DNA from: Promethearchaeia archaeon
GTDB taxonomy: Archaea > Asgardarchaeota > Lokiarchaeia > Sigyniarchaeales > SOKP01
DNA length: 64,000 nt
Direction: 5' to 3'
Assembly (NCBI GenBank): GCA_046483985.1
Contig: JAWOCD010000110.1
Coordinates: forward strand, 32,001-96,000
The notes below the pieces were generated by a model. The model was not told the DNA's origin. It was given only the letters and a program-made list of their open reading frames with translations, and did no database searches. Shown in pieces: positions 1-10,198 of the stretch. Every line of letters starts with the position of its first letter. The stretch's first letter is position 1. The translations under genes were made by a program, and so were the position numbers.

Positions 1-43
1 GAAATTTTATTAGAAATGGAAAACTCATGAGAATAAAGAGCTA

Positions 44-676
44 ATGTCAGAACGTCACAAACAAGATAAATATTATAAGAAGGCCAAGCGACAGAATTAT
101 CGAGCACGTTCAGCTTATAAATTATTAGATATTCAGAAACGTTTTTCAATTTTCGAACGGGCATTTTATATTATTGATATTGGGAGCCACCCGGGATCTT
201 GGCTACAAGTCGCTCAAGATTATGCGGAGCAGAATATAGAGAAATACAAAAATGATAGATATTACTCATTAGATCATTACAAGATTCTGGGAGTAGATAT
301 AAAACATGTATCCCCGATTGAGGGAGTAGAAACGCTAAAAATGGACGCGACCGATCCTGAATTTAAACAAAAAATTAGAGATTTCTTTTCGGGAAAAAAG
401 GTTGATTTACTTCTCTCGGATGCAAGTATTAAAAAAATCGGGAATCAATTTAGTGATCATGTGCGGCAGATTAATCTTTGTTCTAAGATTTTGGACTTGG
501 CTTCAGAATTCCTAAAAAAACAAGGGAGATTCGTTGTAAAAGCATTCAGAGGACAAGATTTCTCAAAATTCCGTAATAGTGTGAAATCTGTCTTTCAAAA
601 TGTAAACGTATATAAGCCTAAAGCTTCTAAAAAACACAGTAATGAGATTTATATCGTAGCAAAAAAGAAAAGATAA
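44..676 (+). CDS. rlmE: 23S rRNA U2552 2'-O-methyltransferase (RlmE/FtsJ)
   Basis: YRARSAYKL, DIGSHPGSW, LLSDAS, FVVKAF and SNEIY give the K-D-K-E tetrad. Confidence 0.95.
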   Translation: MSERHKQDKYYKKAKRQNYRARSAYKLLDIQKRFSIFERAFYIIDIGSHPGSWLQVAQDYAEQNIEKYKNDRYYSLDHYKILGVDIKHVSPIEGVETLKMDATDPEFKQKIRDFFSGKKVDLLLSDASIKKIGNQFSDHVRQINLCSKILDLASEFLKKQGRFVVKAFRGQDFSKFRNSVKSVFQNVNVYKPKASKKHSNEIYIVAKKKR

Positions 677-677
677 A

Positions 678-1304
678 TTATGATTCTTGGTCCAATCTTG
701 CTTTTATTTCTTCGAAATTTATATTGAATTCCTTTTCGCCTTCCATGGATACTTGAATCCAACGCATTAAGAAGGGACAATGCTTAGGATTAAAGATTTC
801 TTGGTTTGTATCATTACATCTTTCTGTGAAAGGACAAATAAAACACGGAACTCTTCGAAATAGGTTCCATACAAAATCATCTTTCTTCCTATTAACCTTT
901 ACCCCTCCTAATTCAACCTCATTTGTTAATTGTTGATTCCATCGGATAATTTTAGTCCACGAACCTTCCATGAGATCACGCTTTACCTTAACAGTATCTC
1001 GTAACTGGAGCACTTCCAAAATATCATCTAATTCTTCGTATGTATTTCCTACTTTGTCTTGTAGTTCTCGAAATTCAACCTTTCCTTCTTCTTTTATTAT
1101 CTCTAATACTTCTTTCTCTTTTTTATTTAACTTTCGATTCAATAACTTTTTACGTGCTTCCATTCGTTCCTTTCTACGTTCAGCATCTGACTTTTGATCT
1201 ACTTCTGCCTCAAGACGTGCCTTTACTTTGCATTTATGACGTGAAAGATACACGTACCATTTCCCACAGTATGGGCACTGTTCTTTCTTTTTTTTACGAG
1301 CCAA
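678..1304 (-). CDS. RPC34/TFE-beta-like protein (winged helix + C-terminal Fe-S motif) with N-terminal C2HC finger
   Basis: C-terminal PCFICPFTERC...NPKHCPFLMRW resembles the C34 [4Fe-4S] motif; central wHTH; N-terminal CPYC-x9-HKC; TTG start. Confidence 0.7.
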   Translation of the reverse strand: MARKKKKEQCPYCGKWYVYLSRHKCKVKARLEAEVDQKSDAERRKERMEARKKLLNRKLNKKEKEVLEIIKEEGKVEFRELQDKVGNTYEELDDILEVLQLRDTVKVKRDLMEGSWTKIIRWNQQLTNEVELGGVKVNRKKDDFVWNLFRRVPCFICPFTERCNDTNQEIFNPKHCPFLMRWIQVSMEGEKEFNINFEEIKARLDQES

Positions 1305-1470
1305 TTTTTAATCATTCCGCAATAGATTTTTATTAAAATAATTCTCTACAAATTCTTCTTTTATAAAAAGAATTGATCAAAATTAATCTTTTGGTTTTGA
1401 ATGAGCTAACTTTTAAGAAATATTATAATTATAATCATGTTAGACATTTTTCAACTTTGAGTAGAATGAC

Positions 1471-2334
1471 ATGAAGCTTAAAAATATTTTAAATATTAAG
1501 GAACGAAATCTGATAAAAAAAGATAAATTGATGCAAAAGATCCAAACTTCTCAAAAATTTCACAACTTGTTCATTCCAACGAATTCTCAAAATTTTGATG
1601 GGATATTAGGAAATGGCTTTTTAGTAGGTGCGAAATATTTGATGTTTGGGGCGAACCGAACGGGTAAAACCCAATTTGCTCATCATATATGTGTCCAGTT
1701 TTATAAGGTATTGCAAAACTCGTCCTTTAAAAAACAGATTTCCAAAAAATATAATCTTCAGGAGGAATTCATTTTTGATGAGGGGCGAATCTATTTTTTG
1801 GATTGTGAGAACACATTTCGACCAGAGCGGATTGAAGGTATTGCAACAGCCCAAAACCTTCCTTATATGGAAATCTTGAATATGATTCAAGTATCAAAGA
1901 TTTATAACCTTAATGCACTTCTAAAAAAAATCAAAGAAATTCGAAAGATACCATCTGATCGGAAACCTCTTCTTTTGATAATTGATTCAATTAACAAATA
2001 TTATCGGGGAGGGATTACAGATGAGATGTTAACTTTTCATAAGACTCAAGAACTTATGAAAGAACTCCTAACAGAAATTCATATGCTCCACGAAACTACG
2101 CGGGTTTCCATCCTTGCAACGGCGCAAGTATCCGCTGTATTTGCGGAAGAGGCCTTGATAAAGGAACTTCCCACGGGCAATAGATTCCTAAACCAAATCT
2201 TTTCCGAATATGTGTATTTACAAGTAGATGACCGAGACCTGCGGTACGCGCAGTTAGTAAATTCCTCCCGCTTTCCAGAAAAACGACTCAGATTTCAGCT
2301 TACCGAAAAAGGCATAGAGGATTATAACATTTAG
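1471..2334 (+). CDS. RadA/Rad51 paralog ATPase lacking the N-terminal HhH domain
   Basis: Walker A GANRTGKTQ, DCENTFRPERI, Walker B LLIIDS, LVNSSRFPE. Confidence 0.85.
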   Translation: MKLKNILNIKERNLIKKDKLMQKIQTSQKFHNLFIPTNSQNFDGILGNGFLVGAKYLMFGANRTGKTQFAHHICVQFYKVLQNSSFKKQISKKYNLQEEFIFDEGRIYFLDCENTFRPERIEGIATAQNLPYMEILNMIQVSKIYNLNALLKKIKEIRKIPSDRKPLLLIIDSINKYYRGGITDEMLTFHKTQELMKELLTEIHMLHETTRVSILATAQVSAVFAEEALIKELPTGNRFLNQIFSEYVYLQVDDRDLRYAQLVNSSRFPEKRLRFQLTEKGIEDYNI

Positions 2335-2347
2335 AATACCCTTGAGG

Positions 2348-3265
2348 TTAATCTTGATTTAAGGTATATTCTTTAGATTTTTTCACTAATTTTATAAAAT
2401 CTTCTATGGTTATTGCGGAGAATTCTTCTAATCTTTTCTTAGGCTCCACAAAATAGCACTGATTCGGTATTTCATCAATGACCCTTTTGATTAGAAGACG
2501 AGCATAGTGCAATTTTTTCTTTTTTATTTTGTTTGCTTTTTTATCTGTGTGGAATTCCGATTTTGAATATTTTCCCACAGATGATCCAAAATCCATCCCG
2601 AAAAAGCAAATTTTTTGTGAAGGCAAGAGGAGATTTTTTAGGAAGAATATGATCCGATCGCCGTCTGTAAATCCCCCGGGATTAATGATTAAGTGTTCTG
2701 CTTTTACTTGTCCAGTACCTATTATCTTATGTTTTTTCCTAATTTCCTCCTTAAACATTCTTAATTTCTCTGTATTGTCTCCGTGTGCATGAACAATGAG
2801 GTACGTTCCATAGCGAAATTCCTTTGAGGTTATTCCATCTAAGTCGGTGAATATCCCATCAAGGAATATTTTTTTTTTTCTTAGAAACACAGATCCGCCA
2901 TCTGCGGCTAAATTTATCGTGTATTTGAATATATTTTTATGAGAGGTTTGAATCAATTTGTTGATACAAGATTCCAATGAAGGACCCGCACCGAAGATAC
3001 ATATCACTGGTTTCTTTTGTATTTGGTGGTGAAATGCGTGAATTATCTTTTCTCTATCCCAATCTTTTCCCTTTTTTTCTAACAACCGATTCAGATATTT
3101 TTGAGCTTCTTTATCCTTTTGTTGGTCGAAATTGAAGTCTTGCACTATCTGATAGTATGTTTCCTTAAAAGCGCTAAAATTATTTAGTAGATCTGCATAC
3201 TCTCTGCTTTTTGCGGGTCTTTTTTTCATCTTTTTGGATGTATATTTTTTATCTATATTGCTCAA
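2348..3265 (-). CDS. mptE: 6-hydroxymethyl-7,8-dihydropterin pyrophosphokinase (MptE/DUF115)
   Basis: GAGPSL, AADG, TDLDG, HAHGDN, GGFTDGDR motifs. Confidence 0.85.
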   Translation of the reverse strand: MSNIDKKYTSKKMKKRPAKSREYADLLNNFSAFKETYYQIVQDFNFDQQKDKEAQKYLNRLLEKKGKDWDREKIIHAFHHQIQKKPVICIFGAGPSLESCINKLIQTSHKNIFKYTINLAADGGSVFLRKKKIFLDGIFTDLDGITSKEFRYGTYLIVHAHGDNTEKLRMFKEEIRKKHKIIGTGQVKAEHLIINPGGFTDGDRIIFFLKNLLLPSQKICFFGMDFGSSVGKYSKSEFHTDKKANKIKKKKLHYARLLIKRVIDEIPNQCYFVEPKKRLEEFSAITIEDFIKLVKKSKEYTLNQD

Positions 3266-3418
3266 TTTTTCTTATCAATCTTTTTTTTCAAGACTATTTA
3301 ATATTCAAGTGAATTTAAAATTTGGAAAAATATATTTAAATTTTATTTTATTATTGTAAAACATACCAATTAATTAATTGAAAAAAATTAACTTATAAAA
3401 AACGAGATGTATTAAGAA

Positions 3419-3838
3419 ATGAGCGAAATTAAAGACGGATTGCACTATACTAAGACGCACCAATGGTATAATCCCGATACGAACAAAGTTGGACTCACAG
3501 CATACGCAGCAGATTCTTTAGGAGAGATTTCATTTGTTGATTTGGATGCCATTAGGGGAGAAGATCTTTCTCAAGTTGAGATGGATGGGGATGAACCTTC
3601 CAGTGCTCCTATCGATGCAATGGTAGAAAGTAACAAAGCCGTTGGCGATATCTTCAGCCCCCTTTCAGGAAATGTAACAGCAATTAATGATGAATTATTA
3701 GACTTTCCTGAAAAAGTAAATGATGATCCTTATGGAGAGGGTTGGCTTTTTGAACTCGATCCTTCGGACTTTGATGGCGAGAAAGGGGAACTCCTTTCAG
3801 CCGACGAATATGCTGAATTTGTCGAAGGGTTAGATTAA
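3419..3838 (+). CDS. gcvH: Glycine cleavage system H protein (lipoyl carrier)
   Basis: ESNKAVGDIFSPLSG lipoyl-Lys motif; VNDDPYGEGWL. Confidence 0.93.
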   Translation: MSEIKDGLHYTKTHQWYNPDTNKVGLTAYAADSLGEISFVDLDAIRGEDLSQVEMDGDEPSSAPIDAMVESNKAVGDIFSPLSGNVTAINDELLDFPEKVNDDPYGEGWLFELDPSDFDGEKGELLSADEYAEFVEGLD

Positions 3839-3936
3839 ACAAAAGCAATTTTAAGTATTAATTAATTTTCAATTCTCTCTTTTTTTCTTTTTTTTTACTA
3901 TTAGAAGTCTTAAATCCTATTAGCCATATTTAACTA

Positions 3937-5166
3937 GTGAATGTAATGAATTCTCAAGATTTTCAAATTGGATTAATTATTAATCCTATATCTGGGATGG
4001 GGGGTTCCGTTGGATTAAAGGGAACCGACGGCCGAAACATTCTTAAAAAAGCGGTAAAGATGGGCGCAAAACCCAATGCTACCAATCGCATGGAACATGT
4101 ACTCCAAGAATTGGAGATAATTAAATCCAAGTTAAGGTTTATCACATGTCCAAATGGAATGGGAGAAAGCGTGTTAAAAAAGGCAGGATTTAATTATACC
4201 TTAGTAGATTCGGTTCCTGTACCCGACCTAGAGCAAATAAAAGTAAAAGCGGAAATATCCGAGGATTCAAAACAAAAAACAATTTCAGCATTTAGTGAAA
4301 TAAAGGATATTTACGATACTCGGGCCTACCATACGAAACTTGCTGCAAAGATTATGAAGCAGATGGAACACATTAGACTAATAATCTTTGTTGGTGGGGA
4401 TGGCACAGCCAGAGATGTGTATGAAGAAGTCGATCAAGAGCTCCCGTGCTTGGGTATTCCCGCTGGAGTGAAGATCTATTCCAGTGTCTTTTCTTTAAAC
4501 CCCGAGAAAGCGGCCTCGTTAATCATGCGATATTTATGGGATGAAGCCGGGTTGAAAGAAGCAGAAGTATTGGATATCGATGAAGAAGAATTTCGAGAGG
4601 GGCATCTTGTGTCAAAATTATACGGATATCTCCTCACCCCCTTTGATCCCGGTTATAGACAACGTTCGAAATTAGGGACTCCGACTTCAGATTTGGATAA
4701 CCAAGAACGTATTGCAAAGCGTGTTATTGAACTCCTTGAAGACGATACATACTATTTTATCGGACCCGGAACGACCACAAAAGCGATCACCGATCGGCTT
4801 GACCAAGAAAAAACTGTGTTGGGGGTTGATTTATTACATAATCAGGAGATTATTGCAAAAGATCTAAATGAAACTCAAATTTTGAATTATATCAATGAAG
4901 GTAGTCCGGTAAAAATCATTATATCTCCGATCGGTCGTCAAGGGTTCATATTTGGCCGTGGAAATCTGCAATTTTCCCCTGAAGTGTTGCAAAAAGTGGG
5001 GTCGAAAAATATTATTATTCTCTCTACGCAATTCAAACTCCAAAAAATACCCAATCAGATTCTTCGATTAGATACCCGAGATCCTCAAGTTGATAAAGAA
5101 TTTGAGGGATTATACAAAGTAATCACGGATTATGACCAAATAAAGATATGCCGTGTTAAAAAATAA
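3937..5166 (+). CDS. ATP-NAD kinase family protein (COG3199-like)
   Basis: INPISGMGGSVGLKGTDG, GGDGTARD, GIPAGVKIYS, GFIFGRGNLQ. Confidence 0.88.
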   Translation: MNVMNSQDFQIGLIINPISGMGGSVGLKGTDGRNILKKAVKMGAKPNATNRMEHVLQELEIIKSKLRFITCPNGMGESVLKKAGFNYTLVDSVPVPDLEQIKVKAEISEDSKQKTISAFSEIKDIYDTRAYHTKLAAKIMKQMEHIRLIIFVGGDGTARDVYEEVDQELPCLGIPAGVKIYSSVFSLNPEKAASLIMRYLWDEAGLKEAEVLDIDEEEFREGHLVSKLYGYLLTPFDPGYRQRSKLGTPTSDLDNQERIAKRVIELLEDDTYYFIGPGTTTKAITDRLDQEKTVLGVDLLHNQEIIAKDLNETQILNYINEGSPVKIIISPIGRQGFIFGRGNLQFSPEVLQKVGSKNIIILSTQFKLQKIPNQILRLDTRDPQVDKEFEGLYKVITDYDQIKICRVKK

Positions 5167-5214
5167 ATTTTTGAGAGGATTCTACGGGGAAAAAGCATAT
5201 AACGTAAATTTTGC

Positions 5215-5745
5215 TCAAGCGTCAATATTGCCAGTCTTCACGCCAATCATATATTGAAGTAATACGAATGTGACAATAATAAACAGAAACCCAATGACTA
5301 AAATACGTAAAGCAATCTTTCTATCATATAGATGTTTACTGGCTTGATATAGCAAGATGAACCCTGTGGAATTAAGAAAGAGTAAGATGGAGGCAACAAT
5401 TGATTCGATGATAAAGGCATCACTCGTTGATGTGTATAAAAATATAGCATCACCGCTCCTATCTGCTCCAAGTGCGGGTACGTCCTTGTATACCAAATAT
5501 ACCACGCCCGTCTGCAAGATAAAAAGGATAGTATAAATTACGATAAGGGCCAAAGTTTTTGAAGGCATCGGAATAGAAATGCGCCGAGTTTTTAATTTCG
5601 GGAATTTTATTTTAGGTTTTCGCAGCGCCTTTCCGAATATCCATGGAGTTTTTTCTTTTAATTTCTCTCCAATGGTTTCTGAACCGATACTATAATCATT
5701 AACTTTTTTACTTCGATTCTTAATCTGCCTTCTCTTTGACGACAT
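5215..5745 (-). CDS. Oligosaccharyltransferase accessory subunit, OSTC/DC2 (OST3/OST6 family)-like
   Basis: Three TM helices; TGVVYLVYKDVPALG...FIIESIVASILLFLNSTGFILL resembles the DC2/OST3 C-terminal region. Confidence 0.65.
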   Translation of the reverse strand: MSSKRRQIKNRSKKVNDYSIGSETIGEKLKEKTPWIFGKALRKPKIKFPKLKTRRISIPMPSKTLALIVIYTILFILQTGVVYLVYKDVPALGADRSGDAIFLYTSTSDAFIIESIVASILLFLNSTGFILLYQASKHLYDRKIALRILVIGFLFIIVTFVLLQYMIGVKTGNIDA

Positions 5746-5840
5746 TTCAATCTCATATACAAATTATAATTGATATCTAGATAGAGTAATATGTTTCTAT
5801 TTAAAATATTTTATTGAAATAATGTGAAAATGTTTGGATA

Positions 5841-7367
5841 TTAATTGGAGAGGGAAGATTTAAGATTTTTAAGAAATCCGATAATGAATTTCCACATCTT
5901 TTCCACGCTTTTGACTTGTAATTTTTCATCGGGAGAGTGCGGATTTTCTATCTGTGGGCCGATAGATATTAATTCGGTTTCGGGGAAGCGGTCCTTCAAT
6001 ATTCCACACTCTAAGCCGGCATGGATCGCTCGCACTTGTACTTTTTTACCGAATAATACTTTATAGGTCTCTTTTGCAACATTTAAAAGGGTGGAATCGA
6101 AATTAGGAGTCCATCCAGGATAATCACCGATATGGCTTACTTTTATTCCAAGATCGGCTAACTGAAATAACGCTTCTATTTTTTCATAAATAATACGCTT
6201 AGAGAGAGGGTCCATGCTTCTCTGACTCGTCGTAACTTTAAAGGATGTATCGGTCGTTTTCAAGGCCGCTAAATTTGTAGATGTATATACTAACTTCTTA
6301 ATCTCCGGATGCATATCAATTACTCCGTTTGGGCACACATATAGCATATGTAATAGCTGATTTTGAACTCGTGTTGGAAAAATCAAATTTTCTTTACTTT
6401 CTTTACTAATTTCGTAAGAGAGGGTCATATTGGATTCTCTTGTTCCTATTTCCAACTCAATTTCCTCAAAAATATCTTCTAAAAGTTCTTGTATCTCTTC
6501 CTTTTCTTTCATTTTAAAGAAGAAAAAAGCTTTTGCTTCCCTGGGAATTGCATTCGGACGATTCCCTCCATTCACGGAACTTAAATAAATGGTATATTTA
6601 TTATTGACTTTCCAGAGTATTTTGGCGATAAGTTTTATGGCGTTTTCATGTCCTTTGTTGATATCAACTCCCGAATGCCCTCCCCGTAATCCCGAAATCG
6701 ATAAATTGATGGCCCCCATTTTTTCTTTCGTCTTATTTTCTATTTTCTCCAAATCTATATCTAATTCACCAATCGTACTTATCCCCCCGGCACACCCTAT
6801 AGTGAACGTATCATCATCTTCTGAGTCTAAGTTTATTAAGAAGGCGAGATTTGAAATAAGAGTGGGATCGATATCAAATGCACCCTGTAATCCTGATTCT
6901 TCATCGACCGTGCAGAGGCATATTATTTTACTACCCCCGAGATCTATTTGCGCATTTGCAATACGATCCATTAAGACTAAAATATAAGCAAGCCCCACAC
7001 CGTTATCTGCCCCCAATGTGGTACCCTTTGCGGTTATCCACTTCTCACTTTCCAACTCAATAACTTTCAAATCAAGGCCGTCTTTTTTAAAGTCAAATTC
7101 CACATTTTCGTTTTTCTCACAGACCATATCTAAATGGGCTTGAAGAACAACGGAATTTGCATCCTGCTCTCGTGAATAATCATACAAATAAATAAAAAGG
7201 TTTCCAGCTTTATCGATTCTATGCTCGAATCCAAAATTCTCAGCTTTTTTTACCATATACTCCCGAATTTTCTCTTCATATTTCGAACATCGGGGGATCT
7301 CACTTATTTGCTGAAAATAGCCCCAAAATTCTTGGGGTTTACTTAAATCATTCATTTCCAATTTCAT
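5841..7367 (-). CDS. pepD: Aminoacyl-histidine dipeptidase (M20C)
   Basis: LQAHLDMVCEK, TTLGADNG, DEESG, NLDSE, GGHSG, IHAGLECG, HSPDE. Confidence 0.93.
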   Translation of the reverse strand: MKLEMNDLSKPQEFWGYFQQISEIPRCSKYEEKIREYMVKKAENFGFEHRIDKAGNLFIYLYDYSREQDANSVVLQAHLDMVCEKNENVEFDFKKDGLDLKVIELESEKWITAKGTTLGADNGVGLAYILVLMDRIANAQIDLGGSKIICLCTVDEESGLQGAFDIDPTLISNLAFLINLDSEDDDTFTIGCAGGISTIGELDIDLEKIENKTKEKMGAINLSISGLRGGHSGVDINKGHENAIKLIAKILWKVNNKYTIYLSSVNGGNRPNAIPREAKAFFFFKMKEKEEIQELLEDIFEEIELEIGTRESNMTLSYEISKESKENLIFPTRVQNQLLHMLYVCPNGVIDMHPEIKKLVYTSTNLAALKTTDTSFKVTTSQRSMDPLSKRIIYEKIEALFQLADLGIKVSHIGDYPGWTPNFDSTLLNVAKETYKVLFGKKVQVRAIHAGLECGILKDRFPETELISIGPQIENPHSPDEKLQVKSVEKMWKFIIGFLKNLKSSLSN

Positions 7368-7496
7368 ATTAAATTTAACTCCATTGATAATTTTGGGAAT
7401 AACATCTGAGCTATATTATCAAATTATTTATATTGATACTCTTTTATTAATTACTAGAGTAGAAAATAAAAACAAGTCCTCAAGAGAGATAAGAAC

Positions 7497-8720
7497 GTGA
7501 GTTTTAAAGATCTTTATTCCGAAGTCAAAAAACGGAAAATGCAAGCTCTAAATAAGAAAGATGTGGTGAAAGCCGTTGAAAAACATGGAAAAATTCTTGC
7601 TGTTGACGGAAAATTCGAAAAAGTGAAAAAAGTCATTAAACACATATATGCCTCTGAAAAGGAGATTATTAAAACCAGAAACTTAAAAGATATTCTTAAA
7701 ACAGATCTCAACCGCTTTGACGTGGTGTTATTAGGATGTCCTGGAAATAATATCCCGCGGGCTGCACATCCCAAAATTAAAAGGTATGTGGAACAAGGGG
7801 GATGGCTTATTACCACCGATTGGGTAATAAAAAGTATTATTGAACCAGTCTTTCCGGGATATATTCGTTGGAACGGCAACAGATCTGATGATACGGTCGT
7901 GTCTTGTCAAATACTGGAACCAAATCATCCGTTTCTTGACGGAGTGATCAGTGAAATCAGCAAAAGCAAGTGGCAGGAGTCTGCGAAAGACGTAAAAAAA
8001 AAAGAATTTAAATGGTGGCTTGAAAACAGAAGTTTCCCCATCCAAGTTGTGAATCATCAAGCGGTGCGGGTATTAATTGCCTCTTGGGAGCTAAAAAATA
8101 AATACGGCGAGGCTCCGGTTTTAGTCTATTTTGATTATGGAAAACAAGGGGGGAGAATTATTCATATGATAAGTCATACGCATTTACAAAAAGGAGGAGA
8201 AAAAGGAAAGTATGCCTCTGCACTTATATTGACTAATATCTTAGATGAGAAAGTTGCCAGGAAAATGGGCATATCAAAAGGTCAACCTGCTAAACCAGCT
8301 CAACGTTATCAAGATCCTTCTTCTCCCAACCAAAATCAAAATTATGTGACACCGCAAATGCCCCCAGCTCAATCAAATCCCCCATCAAATCAATCTGCTT
8401 TTGAAGAAAATTGGGTTTTCTCTTCGCAGAACCAATCGGACCAAAATGATTATGTAACTCCCGATAACATCGGCTCTGAAGGAGGGAAAGGGGCTGAAGG
8501 CGTGGACTTGACAGGCACCTCAAAAATTGTGGAAACCGATGTAAATGATCCTAGTTTTTCCTTTGCTGATGAATGTGCTTATTGTGGATATGATTTTGGG
8601 GAATATCAAGGAAAGGTGTTCACTTGTAATGAATGCGGAACGCACTATCATGAAAATTGCATTAACCAACAAGTGCAAGAGGGGGTATGTAAAAAATGTG
8701 GTAGGATCCTCCTTTGGTAA
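7497..8720 (+). CDS. GATase-like alpha/beta domain + low-complexity linker + C-terminal C4HC3 (RING-v/PHD-like) finger
   Basis: DVVLLGCPG/YVEQGGWLITTDW; Q/P/N-rich linker; CAYC..CNEC..H..C..CKKC. Confidence 0.6.
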   Translation: MSFKDLYSEVKKRKMQALNKKDVVKAVEKHGKILAVDGKFEKVKKVIKHIYASEKEIIKTRNLKDILKTDLNRFDVVLLGCPGNNIPRAAHPKIKRYVEQGGWLITTDWVIKSIIEPVFPGYIRWNGNRSDDTVVSCQILEPNHPFLDGVISEISKSKWQESAKDVKKKEFKWWLENRSFPIQVVNHQAVRVLIASWELKNKYGEAPVLVYFDYGKQGGRIIHMISHTHLQKGGEKGKYASALILTNILDEKVARKMGISKGQPAKPAQRYQDPSSPNQNQNYVTPQMPPAQSNPPSNQSAFEENWVFSSQNQSDQNDYVTPDNIGSEGGKGAEGVDLTGTSKIVETDVNDPSFSFADECAYCGYDFGEYQGKVFTCNECGTHYHENCINQQVQEGVCKKCGRILLW

Positions 8721-8768
8721 ATCACACCACTCATTTATTTATTATTCTATAGTTTTTCAAATTAAAAT

Positions 8769-9530
8769 ATGAAAGTTACCTTTTTGGGAACTGCGGGAAG
8801 TACTATTTCAGCACATAGAACCTATCCTTCTATCTTGATTAATGATGATTTTTTATTGGATTGTGGAGAAGGGACCACTCAAAAATTAGTTAGCTTGGGA
8901 TATATTGACGATATTTCGATAATTTGCATTACTCATCTTCACAATGACCATTTTCTAGGAATATTTTCGCTGCTTTGGTATTGGTATATTAATCAACGAG
9001 AAAAACCGTTGCATCTGATTTCCCCTCCCAATATTCAGAAGACGATAGAACAGATTTTAGATTTAACCAACACTCCGGAGAGTATGCGAAAATCATTTGA
9101 AATTCACTATAGCCCATTAAAAAATATAGAGGGAATGCAAAAATTGGATACTAAATACAAGATTAACGCCCTTAAGATGGAACATCTGGATCCGACCTTT
9201 GGATTCAGAATTAGCCACCGGGGTCGCATTGTTGCTTATTCTGGAGATAGTAGACCCAATGAAAATTTGGTAAAATTGGCTAAGAATTGTAACCTTCTAA
9301 TTGGAGAAGCAACCTATTCTGATTCTCTTAAGGATCTTGCAGAAGAGCACTTTCATTCGACGCCATCACAGATGGCACGTGTTGCACAACGAGGGGGTTG
9401 TAAAAAATTAGCATTAGTTCATATATCTCCCTTCTTTCATGGAAAATTACAGGATTTTCAAGAAAACGCGGCCCAAATATTTAAGGGTGATATAATTATC
9501 CCCCAAGATCTCGATGTACTTGAATTATAG
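8769..9530 (+). CDS. Ribonuclease Z-like metallo-beta-lactamase
   Basis: FLGTAG, DCGEGT, THLHNDH, YSGDSRP, EAT, HSTP, LVHIS. Confidence 0.88.
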   Translation: MKVTFLGTAGSTISAHRTYPSILINDDFLLDCGEGTTQKLVSLGYIDDISIICITHLHNDHFLGIFSLLWYWYINQREKPLHLISPPNIQKTIEQILDLTNTPESMRKSFEIHYSPLKNIEGMQKLDTKYKINALKMEHLDPTFGFRISHRGRIVAYSGDSRPNENLVKLAKNCNLLIGEATYSDSLKDLAEEHFHSTPSQMARVAQRGGCKKLALVHISPFFHGKLQDFQENAAQIFKGDIIIPQDLDVLEL

Positions 9531-9569
9531 ATATTAAGCATTCTGTGTTGTCTAAGGTGTGTATAGCAC

Positions 9570-9614
9570 ATTAGGGAGCACGAATCCATCGCCCGTTAGG
9601 GCGTGGTAGTTCAA
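9570..9614 (+). mobile_element. IS200/IS605-type right-end relic
   Basis: ATTAGGGAGCACGAATCCATCGCCCGTTAGGGCGTGGTAGTTCAA: subterminal hairpin ending in TCAA; similar copy at 38205-38248 (-). Confidence 0.65.
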
Positions 9615-9775
9615 ATTAGAAGGCTGAAAGACATTAAAATCAATTTTAAGGAATTAGTTCATCTTTTGTGGAGATTTGTAAAAAGTAACTTCCCTAACTG
9701 AATGTAGAGAAAAATTGAAAAAGAAAAAAAAGAAAAAAGAATTAAAATGGGGATATACAATTTTGTAAACGATTT

Positions 9776-9973
9776 TTATACTTCTGTAATAATGATGGCT
9801 TCTTCAGGGCATTGTGTTTCGCAAGCTCTGCAACCAACACATTCATCTCTCCTTTCTTCAATAACCGTTACCTTTCCGCCCTCTGGTTCTCCAAAATTCT
9901 CGGAGGGACAAACTTCATAACAAGTACCGCATCCTGTGCAAGCATCCATATCAATCTCTATATCAAAGCTCAT
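9776..9973 (-). CDS. 2[4Fe-4S] ferredoxin
   Basis: Two CxxCxxCxxxCP motifs. Confidence 0.93.
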   Translation of the reverse strand: MSFDIEIDMDACTGCGTCYEVCPSENFGEPEGGKVTVIEERRDECVGCRACETQCPEEAIIITEV

Positions 9974-10198
9974 AAAATGTCACTTCTTCTAATTAATATT
10001 TTAAAATTACTTAATTATTAAAATAATATAAATAATATAAATTTCGTTCTAGGTCTAATATAAGAGAATTGAAATTTTTCTTCTAAAAATAAAACTCCAC
10101 TTTTAAATAAGTTTCCGGGATTATTTCTTTTATAAACCTAATTTAAAATAAAATAATTAACTACGCATATATAAGTAGTGTAAACGGAGTAAATCAAT

